Assembly (NCBI RefSeq): GCF_009914755.1
Contig: NC_060925.1
Source: the human T2T-CHM13v2.0 reference genome, Homo sapiens
Strand: one strand, 5' to 3'
DNA: 64,000 nucleotides
Part shown: in pieces, positions 63,136-64,000 of the stretch
Layout of the letters: each line of letters begins with the position of its first letter
How positions within the stretch are numbered: the stretch's first letter is position 1
Program-made: the position numbers and the translations under genes
Notes under the pieces: model-generated
Told to the model about the DNA's origin: nothing
The model's input: the letters and a program-made list of their open reading frames with translations, nothing else
The model's database searches: none

Positions 63136-64000
63136 TTTTTGTTTGTTTGTTTACTGACTATATGCAAGGCACCGACACAGCACCTGAGGATTTGGCAATG
63201 AACAAACATCATTGTCCCTGCCTACACAAAGTTTATTCTCTGATCGGGAGGGAGACGTTAACAACTACCCTGTTAGAAATTTTTAGCTGTGGTCATAAAG
63301 GATTCTGAGGGAGAACTGTGGGTGCTATGAGAACAGATGATGGCAAGAGGGACCTTGCCTAACCAGGGGAGTTGGGAACCCTGGAGCTGAACCAAGATCT
63401 GAAAGAGCAGGATATGACCAGGAGCAGGCGCGTGCCAGGTGTGTGCCAGGGGCAGGTAGGAGCGCAGTTCCTGTAGCTCTCCACGTGGCTGCACGTCATC
63501 CCCCTGCTCTTACTAGAAGCTCATTTTTCATCCCTGATAAGAAAGTGCACCAAAAACAATAAAGAAACCACAGAACTTTGTATTCATCTTTGAGATCAAG
63601 TCCTCCCCCTGCCGCCCTCCCTCTCTATCTCTCAACAATCAGAAAATACATTTCAAATTTTTTGCCATCATGAAACTTGTTACATTAAGATTAATAAAAA
63701 ATTAATTAAGCCAAAAGAAGGACTATTTGTTTCCTTTATTACACAATCCTTCATCGAGCTCGGGAACAAGTACCTTATTATAGGAGGAAGGTGGTAACTT
63801 CATTTACAACAGAATTGGATTCATAAATAATATCCTCCCTACAAATTTAATTTTGAAAAATTGAGTAATTTCATAAAACATCTACAATCGATTTCTATTT
63901 GTGCAGTACCCCCACAGAAGCATAGCAAAAGGCAAGAGTATAAAACGTGAAAAATATCTTTGATGATTTCTGTTTAACTTTTATCCTACCTTTTACAGAT

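Overview
Primate (human or great-ape-like) genomic DNA that is intronic or intergenic and dominated by transposable elements. I could not support any host protein-coding exon, RNA gene or CpG-island promoter; all long ORFs are broken LINE-1 ORF1/ORF2 pieces or Alu/simple-repeat artefacts. The window holds a near-full-length L1PA (2104-7457, minus) with a 15-bp target-site duplication (TSD) and several nested elements: L1 in Tigger2, THE1 in a hAT/Charlie transposase fossil, and Alu in L1 in MLT1. It also has about 20 Alus, a roughly 420-bp tandem triplication carrying a young L1PA2-type fragment, a 76-bp tandem duplication and a 30-bp TAATC/CCAAT minisatellite. The most unusual signal is two independent Alus (22.4 kb and 36.2 kb) that carry, inside their own TSDs, 67-83 nt copied from the flank of a different Alu 12-16 kb away in this window, including the donor's TSD. 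Each is joined by Alu homology on one side and a 4-nt microhomology on the other, which points to Alu-primed local templated insertion. Repeat subfamily names come from my recognition of consensus sequences, not from a database search.
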